A stretch of 32,000 bases of DNA from Desulfotalea psychrophila LSv54 (lineage in GTDB: Bacteria; Desulfobacterota; Desulfobulbia; Desulfobulbales; Desulfocapsaceae): NCBI RefSeq assembly GCF_000025945.1, contig NC_006138.1, forward strand, positions 1,140,001-1,172,000, given 5' to 3'. Made by a program: the position numbers and the translations under genes. Positions 18,435 to 27,908 of the stretch are shown here, piece by piece. Within the stretch, counting starts at the first letter, position 1, and each line of letters opens with the position of its first letter. The notes beneath the pieces are model-generated. The model made no database searches, was not told the origin of the DNA, and saw only the letters and a program-made list of their open reading frames with translations.

Positions 18435-20147
18435 CTAAAAGACTCCTGGAAAGAAGACAAATGACAGAAGGTAGACCATAATTCCGACAACCAGGCCGTA
18501 GACAAGGAAGGGTAAGGCTGTACGTTTAAGGATTGCGCCCTCCATGCCAGAGAGTCCAGCCACAGCACATACTGCCACAATGTTATGGATGCAGATCATA
18601 TTACCCATTGCTCCGCCAACGCCCTGGGCAGCAATGATGATTTGATGAGGGAGATTAAGGCTGGATGCTACGCCCCACTGAAATTCTGCAAAGAGAAGAT
18701 CGGAAACCGTATTGGAGCCGGTGATAAAAGAACCGAGACCGCCAACAAATGCGGCAAACATCGGCCAGGTCTGTCCTGCCAGTCCGGAAACCGCCTCGGC
18801 AAGTGCCAGAGGCATTGATGGGTAGTTATTTGGATTCAGGGCAGCATCAACGATTCCGGAACCCTTGAAGATGGAGACGATGGAAACAGAGAAGAAGAGG
18901 GCAATGGCCGGGCTCTTCATCTTGCTAATAGCCTCCTTCCAGGCAATAGCTGCCTTGGCGGCGGGCATTCTGTGGAGGAAGATGGTAAGGATGGCCACCA
19001 GAGCAAAGGGGATGGTTCCTGGAAGATAGAGGTACTTTATGCTGGCGTCAACGGACTCAAAACCGAGGATATCGGTAAAGGGAATAGAAACGCCTGCAAG
19101 TATCCCTTTCAGGCCGAGGGATGGGATACGGGTTACGACAAGAATGAGGCCAATGAGAATATATGGGGCCCAGGCCCGGAGCTGGCTCATATGGGCTTTG
19201 AATTCACCTGCATTATCGGCGCTGACAAGACCTGTCCACTCTTTATCCCACTCCGATGCGGGACCGAAATCCCAGCTTTTCTTAGGCATACAGAAATTAT
19301 TTTTAGCGCCAAAAACAACGATGCCAAGTCCAACAAGACCACCGATAAGGGAAGGAAATTCCGGGCCTACCAGCCATGCTGTCAGGAGGTAGGGAACGGA
19401 AAAGGCTACGGCGGAGAAAATACAGAACTTCCAAGCGGCAAATCCTTCACTCCACTTGCGGTTTTTACCGAAGTAGCGGGTCATAAAGCCGAGCATAAAG
19501 ATGGGAAGGATGAAAATCATGGGCAGGTGCATCAGGGTAGACCACTGGGTAACAAGCTGGTTAAAGCCCTCCATGGAGGTGAAATTTACTCCGGGAGCGC
19601 CCACTAGAACTGCTTCATCCACCATACCTGTGAGATAACTAAAACCAAGAACAACAGGGGTACCAACAGCTCCGAAGGTTACTGGGAAGGAGTTAAAGAC
19701 AAGGCACATGACCACCGCACAGAGTGGGGGAAAACCAAGACTTAAGAGCAGTGGTGCGGCAAGGGCTGCCGGGGTACCAAAGCCTGCTGCACCTTCAATA
19801 AAGGCTGCAAACATATAACCAATGATAAGCACTTGGATACGGCGATCACGGGTAATATTTTGGAAGCCATATTGAATGGTTTCCATGCCACCACTGTACT
19901 GCAGGGTGTAGAGGATGATAATCGCACCAAAAACAATAATAAGAATACCTATTGCTGTGACGAGTCCCTGGAGTGTGAGGGCCGCGACATAGGCCGCGGG
20001 AAGTTGCCAGACTGCGATTCCTCCAATAACACAGGAGAGCCAGGCAACGGGCATAGCCTTGGTGGCAGGCCAACGGAGGCCGACCATGAGCACCAGGGCC
20101 AGCATGAGGGGGACGAGCGCCACAAGGGCTAAAATTCCTACGGACAT
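18435..20147 (-). CDS. lctP: L-lactate permease (LctP family), 570 aa
   Basis: Polytopic membrane protein with LctP-like sequence throughout. Start chosen at ATG 20147 (MSVGILALV) after AAGGAGAAAAC. The 39-aa track extension lacks an SD. Confidence 0.85.
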   Translation of the reverse strand: MSVGILALVALVPLMLALVLMVGLRWPATKAMPVAWLSCVIGGIAVWQLPAAYVAALTLQGLVTAIGILIIVFGAIIILYTLQYSGGMETIQYGFQNITRDRRIQVLIIGYMFAAFIEGAAGFGTPAALAAPLLLSLGFPPLCAVVMCLVFNSFPVTFGAVGTPVVLGFSYLTGMVDEAVLVGAPGVNFTSMEGFNQLVTQWSTLMHLPMIFILPIFMLGFMTRYFGKNRKWSEGFAAWKFCIFSAVAFSVPYLLTAWLVGPEFPSLIGGLVGLGIVVFGAKNNFCMPKKSWDFGPASEWDKEWTGLVSADNAGEFKAHMSQLRAWAPYILIGLILVVTRIPSLGLKGILAGVSIPFTDILGFESVDASIKYLYLPGTIPFALVAILTIFLHRMPAAKAAIAWKEAISKMKSPAIALFFSVSIVSIFKGSGIVDAALNPNNYPSMPLALAEAVSGLAGQTWPMFAAFVGGLGSFITGSNTVSDLLFAEFQWGVASSLNLPHQIIIAAQGVGGAMGNMICIHNIVAVCAVAGLSGMEGAILKRTALPFLVYGLVVGIMVYLLSFVFFPGVF

Positions 20148-20298
20148 GTTTTCTCCTTGACTAGTAATCGTGAACTGTCTGTTACAGTGAAGCATTTTCA
20201 CCAGGATAAAAGCCTGTGTATTCTTTAAGGTGCCAATAAAAGAGAATGCTTTTCTGCCTGTCACTCTGTGTAAATATAGAGAGCTTATGCTCTATCTT

Positions 20299-20313
20299 TC
20301 AATAAGCATGCCA
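20299..20313 (-). promoter_or_regulatory. Candidate sigma-54 (-24/-12) promoter for the lactate operon
   Basis: The - strand reads TGGCATGCTTATTGA against the consensus TGGCAC-N5-TTGC. The GG is present and the -12 element reads TTGA, not TTGC. It lies about 150 nt upstream of the permease ATG and next to a sigma-54-dependent activator gene. Confidence 0.3.
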
Positions 20314-20520
20314 ATAGAGTTGATAAGTTTTACTTATCTGTTATTACAGCATATTTTATTTTCAGAGGTAGGCGGGAGATGAAGGAGGGGAGGGCTCTGT
20401 CTGAAAGAAAGGACAGGGTTATGGGGAATGGCCAGAGGTGGGTGGGGGCTAGCTACTTTTCTTTTTGACCTTTAAAATCATTGGCCATCGGTAACACCCC
20501 TTTATTTAAGGAGAAAACAG

Positions 20521-20562
20521 TGTCCGGAAAAAAAGACCGGCCGTAGTCTGTTTTTTCGGACA
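20521..20562. promoter_or_regulatory. Long A/T-cored palindrome (possible enhancer-binding-protein site, or the terminator of the regulator gene)
   Basis: TGTCCGGAAAAAAAGAC-cggccgta-GTCTGTTTTTTCGGACA: 17-nt arms with two mismatches or bulges. It lies 47 nt downstream of the regulator stop and about 210-260 nt upstream of the candidate -24/-12 element. Confidence 0.4.
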
Positions 20563-20608
20563 GGTCCGTTTGGTAAATGGAGGGCTTGGTGGAAAGTACC
20601 GGGGGAGG

Positions 20609-22033
20609 CTATGGCTGAATATTATGTTTTTTGAGGAGGGCGTAGAAGTGTGACCTGGAGAGGCCCGAAATTTTAAGGCATTCATGGGTATTATCCAGGT
20701 ATCTTTTCGTCAGTTCCTCTAGGTATTTTTTTTCTGTCTCATCCTTGAAAACCTTAAGGGTTGGCAGTGTATCCATGGCTAGTTCAGCGTCCTGCGCTCT
20801 TGCCGTCGATCCCTGTTGAGGAGCATCCTCTGCGGGGGCTGGCTGTTCTTTCTTCTCCAGATTTGACCTGGCCATGCTGACGCGCAGGTCGGGGGGGAGA
20901 TGCATGAGGTATATGGTTTCGCTATTACCTGCGGCAATAAATGCTCGTTCAATGACGTTGAACAGCTGGCGGACATTGCCCGGCCAGTCGTAGTTGTTCA
21001 GTACCTCATAAAAATCGGAGTTGACTGCCTTTGCTTCAAGTTGATACTGCTCACTGAGCTGCTGTAGTTTGAATTTGGTGAGTTCACGTATATCGCCTGT
21101 TCTTCTCCGCAGGGGGGGGAGACAGAACTGGATGGTGTGTATGCGATAGAGCAGATCCTGGCGGAAATCTCCTTCTGCCGCCATGATCTTCAAATCTCTG
21201 TTTGTTGCGGCAATGAGGCGAAAATCGCTTGTGTATTCGCGTGATTCTCCCACCGGTCTGTAGCTGCGTTCCTGGAGGACCCTAAGAAGAGATTTTTGCA
21301 CCGAGATGGGGAGCTCACCGATTTCGTCCAGGAAGAGGGTGCCCTTGTCGGCGAGCGGAATCAGGCCCTTTTTGTCGGTCTGGGCCCCGGTGAAGGCACC
21401 TTTGACATAGCCAAAGAGGGTGCTTTCAATGAGGGTTTCGGTTAGGGAGGCACAGTCGACTACGACAAACTCTCTGCTGGCACGGGCCGAGTTATCGTGA
21501 ATTGTCCGGGCAAAGAGTTCCTTGCCGGTACCCGTTTCGCCGTTAATGAGGATGTTGGCATCGGATCTTGCCGCGTCAGCCACCAGTTCATAACAGGTTC
21601 TCATCTGCGGGCTCTCCCCTATAATCCGATCCAGGTTTAGGGGGTCACTGGTCAGCTGATCCTTTTTATAGTGATGGAAATTAAGGGCCTGTTTCATAGA
21701 GAGTGTGATCTGTTCTATGGAGGTGGGTTTAACCAGAAAATCCCAGGCACCATCCTGAATGGCCTGCTCTGCCCCGTGGACATCACTCTTGCCTGTTAAG
21801 ATAATGACCTCTGGTTGGCCAACGGACTCCTTTATTCTGGTTAAAAAGGTCAGACCATTACCGTCGGGCAGGGATACATCGAGGAAGACCAGGTCGAATT
21901 TGACGCTCTGCAGTAACTCAAGGCCACTGGCAATGGTATGGGCAGCAGTGCACTGGTGCTTTTGGCGTATAACAAGGCTGGCGATTGTTTCGCAGACGTG
22001 AACATCGTTGTCGATGATGAGAATGTTATTCAT
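20609..22033 (-). CDS. Sigma-54-dependent response regulator (NtrC family)
   Basis: Receiver domain (ILIIDNDVHV...DLVFLDVSLPDGNG), AAA+ domain with GETGTGKELFAR and the GAFTGA loop, and a C-terminal Fis-type HTH (ISGLSRSHFYALLKKH). Start at ATG 22033 overlaps the kinase stop (ATGAATAA). Confidence 0.9.
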   Translation of the reverse strand: MNNILIIDNDVHVCETIASLVIRQKHQCTAAHTIASGLELLQSVKFDLVFLDVSLPDGNGLTFLTRIKESVGQPEVIILTGKSDVHGAEQAIQDGAWDFLVKPTSIEQITLSMKQALNFHHYKKDQLTSDPLNLDRIIGESPQMRTCYELVADAARSDANILINGETGTGKELFARTIHDNSARASREFVVVDCASLTETLIESTLFGYVKGAFTGAQTDKKGLIPLADKGTLFLDEIGELPISVQKSLLRVLQERSYRPVGESREYTSDFRLIAATNRDLKIMAAEGDFRQDLLYRIHTIQFCLPPLRRRTGDIRELTKFKLQQLSEQYQLEAKAVNSDFYEVLNNYDWPGNVRQLFNVIERAFIAAGNSETIYLMHLPPDLRVSMARSNLEKKEQPAPAEDAPQQGSTARAQDAELAMDTLPTLKVFKDETEKKYLEELTKRYLDNTHECLKISGLSRSHFYALLKKHNIQP

Positions 22034-24668
22034 TGGAAAACTCCGATTTTGCAATGGCCTGGCGTATGGTGGTGGCCAGGGCTGTTTTGCTATAGGGCTT
22101 CATAAGGACATTTATGACATTGGGGGCCTTGGCCGCATACTCGGTGATATTTCGTCGCCCTGAAACAATCATAAAGGGTATGTGTGGGGCAATTTTTTCT
22201 ACTTTTTTAGCAAGTTCTATGCCGTTCATCTCCGGCATATCGTAATCGGAAACCACCAGATGGAAGTACTTGGGGGCGTCTGTGATGAGCTTATAGGCGG
22301 CATTGGGGGAACTTGCCGTGGTTATTTTGTAGCCAAGGGTTTTGAGAATTCTCGGAGTTGTCTCAAGCTGTTCCTGGTCATCCTCGATAAAGAGAATATG
22401 CTCATCGCCTACTGGGAGAAGATCATGGTTCTTTATCTTCAGTTCATTATCAATCTCTTTTATCGGTAGATAGATTTCAAAGCTGGTACGAATGTTGGGT
22501 AGACTTGAAACGGTAATGGCTCCGTTGTGGCCTTTTATCAGGCCATGGACAACGGCAAGGCCCAGACCTGTTCCCTCCGTCTTTCCCTTGGTGGTAAAAA
22601 AGGGATCGAATATTTTATTAATTATATCCGCGTGGATGCCGGGACCGTTATCGCGGATTTCAACGTTTAGGTATCTGCCGGCAGAGACCCCTATGAGCTG
22701 TGCCGCTTCCTCTTCAAGCTCTATCTGCTTCAGAGAAAGTCTGATTGTGCCTCCCCGGGCCCGGAGGGATTGGAAGGAGTTGGTGCAAAGATTCATGATG
22801 ATCTGTTGAATCTGGGTGGGATCAGCCATTATTAGCGGGGTATCCGTTGGTAACTGGCATTGGATGTCGATATTTTTTGGCAGGGAAGAGGTTATAAAAT
22901 CGATTGTTTCTCGGATGACCTCTATAATATTGGTGGGTTTAAAACCCTCCTGGGAGAGGCGGCTAAAGGTTAAAATCTGCTTTACCAGTCGGCTTCCCCG
23001 ATATGCTGCTTTTCTTGCTCTATCCAGATCTGTCCATGTCATGGACTCTTTTTCGATATCGGTGATGGCAAGTTCAACAGAGTTCATGATAGAAGTGAGA
23101 ATGTTGTTGAAATCATGAGATATTCCACCAACCAAGGTGCCCACTGCCTCCATTTTTTGCGACTGGAGCAGCTGTTTTTCAAGGCTGATTCGGCGGGTGA
23201 TGTCCTGGGCAGTTGAGAGTGTCCCCATGACCCGTCCTCCTCCATCGTAGAGAGGTACCTTGTTGATCTCCAGCCAGATGGGTTTGCCCTTGCCATTGCT
23301 GACCGTCCAGCTGATGCGTAAACGGGGATGGCCGGACTCTATTACCTCTCGATCCCAGGTGGCTGCGTGTCTGGCAAAGTCCATATCCAGTTGTAGTTTC
23401 CGGTCGTTGGAGCCGATGATAGTTTGGGGATTCCCCAGGCCAAAAAAATCGGTGAAGGATCTATTGGCCCCAAGATATTTTTGATTTTTATCCTTCCAGA
23501 AAACCAGGAGGGGGATGGTGTTCATTAAAATTTCCTGGAAGGAGAGTTGGGCCTTAATTTCCTTTTCTACCCTACGTCGTTGCAGGACTGAGATGATAAG
23601 GAGGACAAGGATGAAGGTGAGGGTGACCAACGAGACTATAATTGTCCAGAAGAATCGTTTGTTCAGCTTATAGAAGGATGTTGGACCATTGATAACAGTG
23701 CTTCCCGTGGGAAGGAGTTTTTTGTTTATCTTGAATTTTTTCAGTACCTTGTCGTCAAACATGTAGCGCTCGATGGGGGAGGGCATGATGCGTTCAGTAG
23801 GGAAGGACCCGGTTTGGAATAGATTAATTGCAATATTGGCAGCCTGTTGGCCCTGGTCATGTCCTGAGACTAGTTTTCCGCCTACGGTGCCATGGCCCAG
23901 TAAGAACTGCCAAACTGTAAAGGTCATCACCGGGCTGTTTTGGTAAATTATGTTGAGGATCTCCTCGGCAGAGTAGGCCTCATGGTGTGACTCTGTGTAA
24001 AAGGGGGTATAGAAAACAACCTCATCTTCTTGCAAATTTCTGATTTTAAAGAGGAGGTCGGCCAGGGAGTAGTCGACCCAATAGTCAAAGATGATCTCTC
24101 CTTTAAAGGATTTTCCCGCCTTATCTATTTCTGCCATGATCGCCTGGGATGTGACCGAGCTGTTGCCAATGACAACAAACTTTTTTAGGTGAGGCTGGAA
24201 TCTTAATGCCAGTCGTATGTTTTCTTTTATATCAGGGCTTTCAAGAACACCGGCATAGTTCATCTTCTTTTCAAGTAACTGTGGTTTGAAGTTATTTATA
24301 CCACAGAAGATAACGGGAACCCCCGGGAAGAGATTGTCGTGATGGCGAAGCATAAAATCAAGGGCGTTGTTATCAGAAACAATTATGGCTGAGAAGGTAT
24401 AGTCCCTGTATTTAAGGCTGTAGTGTTTGCTTATATTGCTTAAGTATTCAGGGCTATTGAACCTCTTTGTGTCCATATATTCAATGTGGAGTTCGATGGG
24501 CATTCCGCTTTTGCTAAAGACATCCCGGGCACCTTCAACGATTTTATCTGACCAGGCGTAGCCGTTTTGGTAGGAGTTGAGGAAGAGTACATTCTTTTTC
24601 ACCCCCTCGGCCATGGCCAGGGAGGGGATGATTGTGAGGAGTAGTATAAAGAAGAGATAATTTTTCAT
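22026..24668 (-). CDS. Hybrid sensor histidine kinase with a periplasmic substrate-binding-protein-like sensor domain
   Basis: Signal or TM1 segment (MKNYLFFILLLTIIPSLAMA), then a periplasmic domain of about 300 aa resembling ABC_sub_bind-type modules (VLFLNSYQNGYAWSD). TM2 is FFWTIIVSLVTLTFILVLLIISVL. These are followed by a PAS region, the HisKA H-box (GGISHDFNNIL), HATPase (GTGLGLAVV) and a C-terminal receiver (ILFIEDD...DYDMPEMNG). Confidence 0.9.
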   Translation of the reverse strand: MKNYLFFILLLTIIPSLAMAEGVKKNVLFLNSYQNGYAWSDKIVEGARDVFSKSGMPIELHIEYMDTKRFNSPEYLSNISKHYSLKYRDYTFSAIIVSDNNALDFMLRHHDNLFPGVPVIFCGINNFKPQLLEKKMNYAGVLESPDIKENIRLALRFQPHLKKFVVIGNSSVTSQAIMAEIDKAGKSFKGEIIFDYWVDYSLADLLFKIRNLQEDEVVFYTPFYTESHHEAYSAEEILNIIYQNSPVMTFTVWQFLLGHGTVGGKLVSGHDQGQQAANIAINLFQTGSFPTERIMPSPIERYMFDDKVLKKFKINKKLLPTGSTVINGPTSFYKLNKRFFWTIIVSLVTLTFILVLLIISVLQRRRVEKEIKAQLSFQEILMNTIPLLVFWKDKNQKYLGANRSFTDFFGLGNPQTIIGSNDRKLQLDMDFARHAATWDREVIESGHPRLRISWTVSNGKGKPIWLEINKVPLYDGGGRVMGTLSTAQDITRRISLEKQLLQSQKMEAVGTLVGGISHDFNNILTSIMNSVELAITDIEKESMTWTDLDRARKAAYRGSRLVKQILTFSRLSQEGFKPTNIIEVIRETIDFITSSLPKNIDIQCQLPTDTPLIMADPTQIQQIIMNLCTNSFQSLRARGGTIRLSLKQIELEEEAAQLIGVSAGRYLNVEIRDNGPGIHADIINKIFDPFFTTKGKTEGTGLGLAVVHGLIKGHNGAITVSSLPNIRTSFEIYLPIKEIDNELKIKNHDLLPVGDEHILFIEDDQEQLETTPRILKTLGYKITTASSPNAAYKLITDAPKYFHLVVSDYDMPEMNGIELAKKVEKIAPHIPFMIVSGRRNITEYAAKAPNVINVLMKPYSKTALATTIRQAIAKSEFSNE

Positions 24669-24836
24669 GCTCTCTGTTCCTGTTGGTATGATATAATATG
24701 GCTTAAAAACTCGTTGGTGAGCTATTACCGTTGGTCGTCATCATCTTATCTCTGGCTAGGGAAGGTTGTTGCAGGTAGGTTGTTTGAGGGCTCTCTGTTC
24801 TGCCCATGCTGGCCTGCCATTCTTGAGATTGATCAC

Positions 24837-25250
24837 TTAGGGTGAGATTCTATACTCATGCATCTGCTTGAGCTCTGCTATTCGTACCTTTTGCTCCTGG
24901 ATAACGCAGTCTCCATAGGCAAGACCTTTGTGGCTGCCGCCACGATAGGAATCTGCCAAGAAAATGCATTTGGTGCAGATCTGCTTTTCCCAAGCTGTTT
25001 GGTTGCTTTTAAGGAGGGTGATGGCCTGTTGGTCGAGGTCACGGTTGATCTTGATCACTACCTCATCGATTCTGGAATCAAGGCTATGCATGGCCTCGGC
25101 GGCCCTTGCTTGCATGCTGTAATTATCCTCTGCGCCATCAATAAAGTTTTGCCAGTCCTGTTTTTCAGCGGGTGGAACTGTGATAAGCTCTTCAGCTTGG
25201 GCAGGAAGGGCAAATAAGAGGAAGATGCAGAGGAGAATTCTTTTTTTCAT
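24837..25250 (-). CDS. Secreted DUF1311/LprI-like protein
   Basis: Signal peptide MKKRILLCIFLLFALPAQA. The C-terminal pattern QTAWEKQ..C....ADSYRGGS......C......R...L resembles DUF1311. The assignment is from memory of the family pattern only. Confidence 0.5.
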   Translation of the reverse strand: MKKRILLCIFLLFALPAQAEELITVPPAEKQDWQNFIDGAEDNYSMQARAAEAMHSLDSRIDEVVIKINRDLDQQAITLLKSNQTAWEKQICTKCIFLADSYRGGSHKGLAYGDCVIQEQKVRIAELKQMHEYRISP

Positions 25251-25592
25251 GGGAAATCCATTTTAAATTAGAGATAGTTGTGACTTCTTTGTACTGTATA
25301 AGGTGAATTAAGGCAAATTTTGCCTGTTCAGTAGAGGGGATAGGGCCTCCGTGGGGAAGCTTGTGTCTGGCTGTCTCTTCTATCTATCTGCATGTTTTTT
25401 TGTTCTAAGAGTTCCATCTTGGGCGAACAATATTGCAAAAAAGTGGAATGTATTCTATTTTGTGGTGCAGACATGCTGCTTTGTTCGTTTCTGCTTTTGC
25501 CTCTTGAGAATAATTACGCCAAGTATAATTTGTAACACTCGTGTAAAAGTAGCAGGGCAAACTTTTATATAAAAAATATTAAGGGAAAATTA

Positions 25593-26387
25593 ATGGGTAT
25601 TTTAACAGGTAAGAAAATATTGATTGCGGGTATTGCAAGTGAGAGATCTATTGCAACTGGTATTGCGGATGCAATGTATCAACAGGGTGCGGAACTTGCC
25701 TTTACATACCTTAATGAAAAGTTGAAAAGCCGTGTGGAAAAAGTGGCGGAGCGTTGTGGCTCTACCCTGCTCTACCCCTGTGATGTTGCCTCCGATGAAC
25801 AGATAAAGGATCTTTTTACCGATCTTGCTCAGGAGTGGCCAAAGTTTGATGGCTTTGTTCATGCAATCGGTTTTGCCCCTAAGGAGACCCTCGTCGGTGA
25901 CTATGTGAATGCGGTTACCCGTGAAGGGTTTCAGGTAGCCCATGACATCAGCTCTTATAGCTTTGTTGCCATGGCTAAGGAGGCTCGTCCCTATCTTAAT
26001 GAAAAATCTTCTCTGATAACTCTGACCTATCTTGGCGCTGAGCGGGCTTTGCCAAATTATAATGTCATGGGGCTTGCCAAGGCATCTCTGGAGGCCAATG
26101 TACGTTATATGGCTGCTAGCCTTGGCCGTGAGGATATTCGTGTCAATGCCATTTCAGCAGGGCCTATTCGTACCCTTGCTGCCGCGGGCATCTCAAATTT
26201 TCGTAAGATGCTGACTCAGTTCGAACGGGCAGCTGCTATCAAGCGTTGTGTAACCATTGAAGAGGTCGGTGGTAGCGCGGCCTTTCTGGCAAGTGATTTG
26301 GCTGCAGCGGTGACCGGTCAGGTCCTGCATGTTGATAATGGCTTTTCCATTACCACAATGCCAGGTACGGAGACAGAGGAGGAGTAG
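25593..26387 (+). CDS. fabI: Enoyl-[acyl-carrier-protein] reductase (NADH), FabI
   Basis: [21 protein letters not shown]-x6-K region ([14 protein letters not shown]) and [13 protein letters not shown], all typical of FabI. 264 aa. Confidence 0.9.
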   Translation: MGILTGKKILIAGIASERSIATGIADAMYQQGAELAFTYLNEKLKSRVEKVAERCGSTLLYPCDVASDEQIKDLFTDLAQEWPKFDGFVHAIGFAPKETLVGDYVNAVTREGFQVAHDISSYSFVAMAKEARPYLNEKSSLITLTYLGAERALPNYNVMGLAKASLEANVRYMAASLGREDIRVNAISAGPIRTLAAAGISNFRKMLTQFERAAAIKRCVTIEEVGGSAAFLASDLAAAVTGQVLHVDNGFSITTMPGTETEEE

Positions 26388-26406
26388 GTAGTCCTCTTTA
26401 TAGAAT

Positions 26407-26449
26407 AAAAAAAGCCCGTTAGAGTCTGACTCTAACGGGCTTTTTTTTT
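26407..26449. terminator. Bidirectional rho-independent terminator
   Basis: A7, then the perfect 11-bp stem GCCCGTTAGAG/CTCTAACGGGC with a 5-nt loop, then T9. It sits between convergent fabI (+) and the ABC permease gene (-). Confidence 0.8.
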
Positions 26450-26464
26450 ATCTGTTGGTAGGCT

Positions 26465-27130
26465 TTATTTGACAATGCCAAAACCGGGGATTTCAAGCCG
26501 TTTTTCCACCCTCTTTAGAATGTAGCTGGCGATGGTGACCAGGATAAGATAGTAGCAGGCGACAACGGTGAAGGCCTCGGTGAAGCGAAAGGTTTGGGAT
26601 GCTATAGCCCGGGCTTCACCGGTGAGCTCAATACAGCTGACAATATAAGCAAGAGAAGAGTATTTTATCAGGTAGATAACCTCATTGCCGCATCCTGGTA
26701 GGGCCTTGCGAAAGGCTTGGGGAATGACGATCCAGACAATGGTTTGTACCTTGCTCATGCCAAGTGCTGCTCCAGCCTTAAGCTGGCCGCTTTTGATTGC
26801 TTGCAGTGCGCCCCTGATATATTCAGAATTGTAGGCGGAACTACAGAGAATAAATCCAATGACTGCGGCACCATAGGCGTCTAGATAGATGCCGATATTG
26901 GGTAGGCCGTAATAGAGGATAAAGAGCTGGACCATAAGCGGAACACCCCGAAAAACAGAGGCGTAAATATTGAAAAGACGTCGAACCGGGGCATTGCCGA
27001 AGACCCGGAGGGTGCCAATGACAACGCCGCCCAGCAGGCCGAAGATAGCCGAGGGGACGATGAGCATTACGCTGGTAATGAGTCCACGGTTGAGGGCGGG
27101 AATAAGTTCCTGGCTATAAAAGGGATCCAT
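26465..27130 (-). CDS. Polar amino-acid ABC transporter permease (HisM/GlnP type)
   Basis: 221 aa with 5 hydrophobic segments. EAA-like loop: GALQAIKSGQLKAGAALGMSKVQTIVWIVIPQAFRKALP. Confidence 0.85.
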   Translation of the reverse strand: MDPFYSQELIPALNRGLITSVMLIVPSAIFGLLGGVVIGTLRVFGNAPVRRLFNIYASVFRGVPLMVQLFILYYGLPNIGIYLDAYGAAVIGFILCSSAYNSEYIRGALQAIKSGQLKAGAALGMSKVQTIVWIVIPQAFRKALPGCGNEVIYLIKYSSLAYIVSCIELTGEARAIASQTFRFTEAFTVVACYYLILVTIASYILKRVEKRLEIPGFGIVK

Positions 27131-27136
27131 ATTCAG

Positions 27137-27892
27137 TTATTCCTCGTCGATAGACATTTCAAGGCGTGCACAGAAATCACCTGTTCTCGTCTTGCTTCCC
27201 TCCCTCAGGAGTTCTGCAGGGCTTCCCTGCTCGATAATTTCGCCATCCTGCATAAATACGATCTCATGGGCAAGGGCGCGGGCAAAGTCCATCTGATGGG
27301 TGGCCATGACCATGGTAAGTCCTGCCTTGGTCAGATCTCGAATAACTGAGAGTACCTCGCCTACCAGCTCAGGATCAAGGGCAGAGGTGGGTTCGTCAAG
27401 GAGGAGGACGGTGGGGTCCATTGCCAGGGCTCGGGCGATGGCCACTCGTTGTTTTTGGCCTCCGGAGAGTTCTGCCGGGTAGAGATCTCCCTTCTCTTCC
27501 AGACCGACCCTTGTTAGTTCTGCCATGGCTCGGATATTGGCCTCGCTTTTTTTCATTCCCTTAACCTTGCGTAGGGCAATGGCAACATTATCTATGGCGT
27601 TGAGATGGTCAAATAGATTGAAATCCTGAAAGATCATTCCCACCTGTTGACGGTAGGCATAGAGTTCTTTTTTGTTGTCAACATCAACGACTTTGCCATG
27701 GAGCTCAAGCTTGCCGCTATCGTAGGGGATGAGGTAATTGAGGGTCTGGAGAAAGGTTGATTTACCGGCACCGGAGGGGCCGATAAGTACCTTAAGAGAG
27801 CCCTTGGGCATATTCAGAGATACATTTTTGAGTATGGGGTTGCCACCTAGAGTAACATTTATGTTACGGGCAAAGAGTACTGGGCTTGTCAT
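27137..27892 (-). CDS. Polar amino-acid ABC transporter ATP-binding protein
   Basis: Walker A GPSGAGKST, signature LSGGQKQRVAIARAL, Walker B LLLDEPTSALD, H-loop ATHQM. Start chosen at ATG 27892 (MTSPVLFARN), downstream of the preceding permease stop. Confidence 0.9.
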   Translation of the reverse strand: MTSPVLFARNINVTLGGNPILKNVSLNMPKGSLKVLIGPSGAGKSTFLQTLNYLIPYDSGKLELHGKVVDVDNKKELYAYRQQVGMIFQDFNLFDHLNAIDNVAIALRKVKGMKKSEANIRAMAELTRVGLEEKGDLYPAELSGGQKQRVAIARALAMDPTVLLLDEPTSALDPELVGEVLSVIRDLTKAGLTMVMATHQMDFARALAHEIVFMQDGEIIEQGSPAELLREGSKTRTGDFCARLEMSIDEE

Positions 27893-27908
27893 AATATTGT
27901 GATGCCTT

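Noticed and set aside
20220-20236. Second TGGCAC on the - strand (TTGGCACCTTAAAGAAT) as a sigma-54 promoter
   Set aside because: The -24 element is perfect, but nothing resembling TTGC lies at the -12 spacing.
20365-20450. Purine/G-run-rich tract (GGCGGGAGATGAAGGAGGGGAGGG ... GGTGGGTGGGGG) as a G-quadruplex or coding feature
   Set aside because: The G-runs are irregularly spaced and lie on the non-template side relative to the flanking - strand genes. There is no ORF. I have no way to support a function from sequence alone.
25351-25572. 73-aa ORF upstream of fabI
   Set aside because: It starts at GTG with no SD. The peptide is Cys/Phe-rich, typical of translated A/T-rich intergenic DNA. The region more likely holds the fabI promoter.
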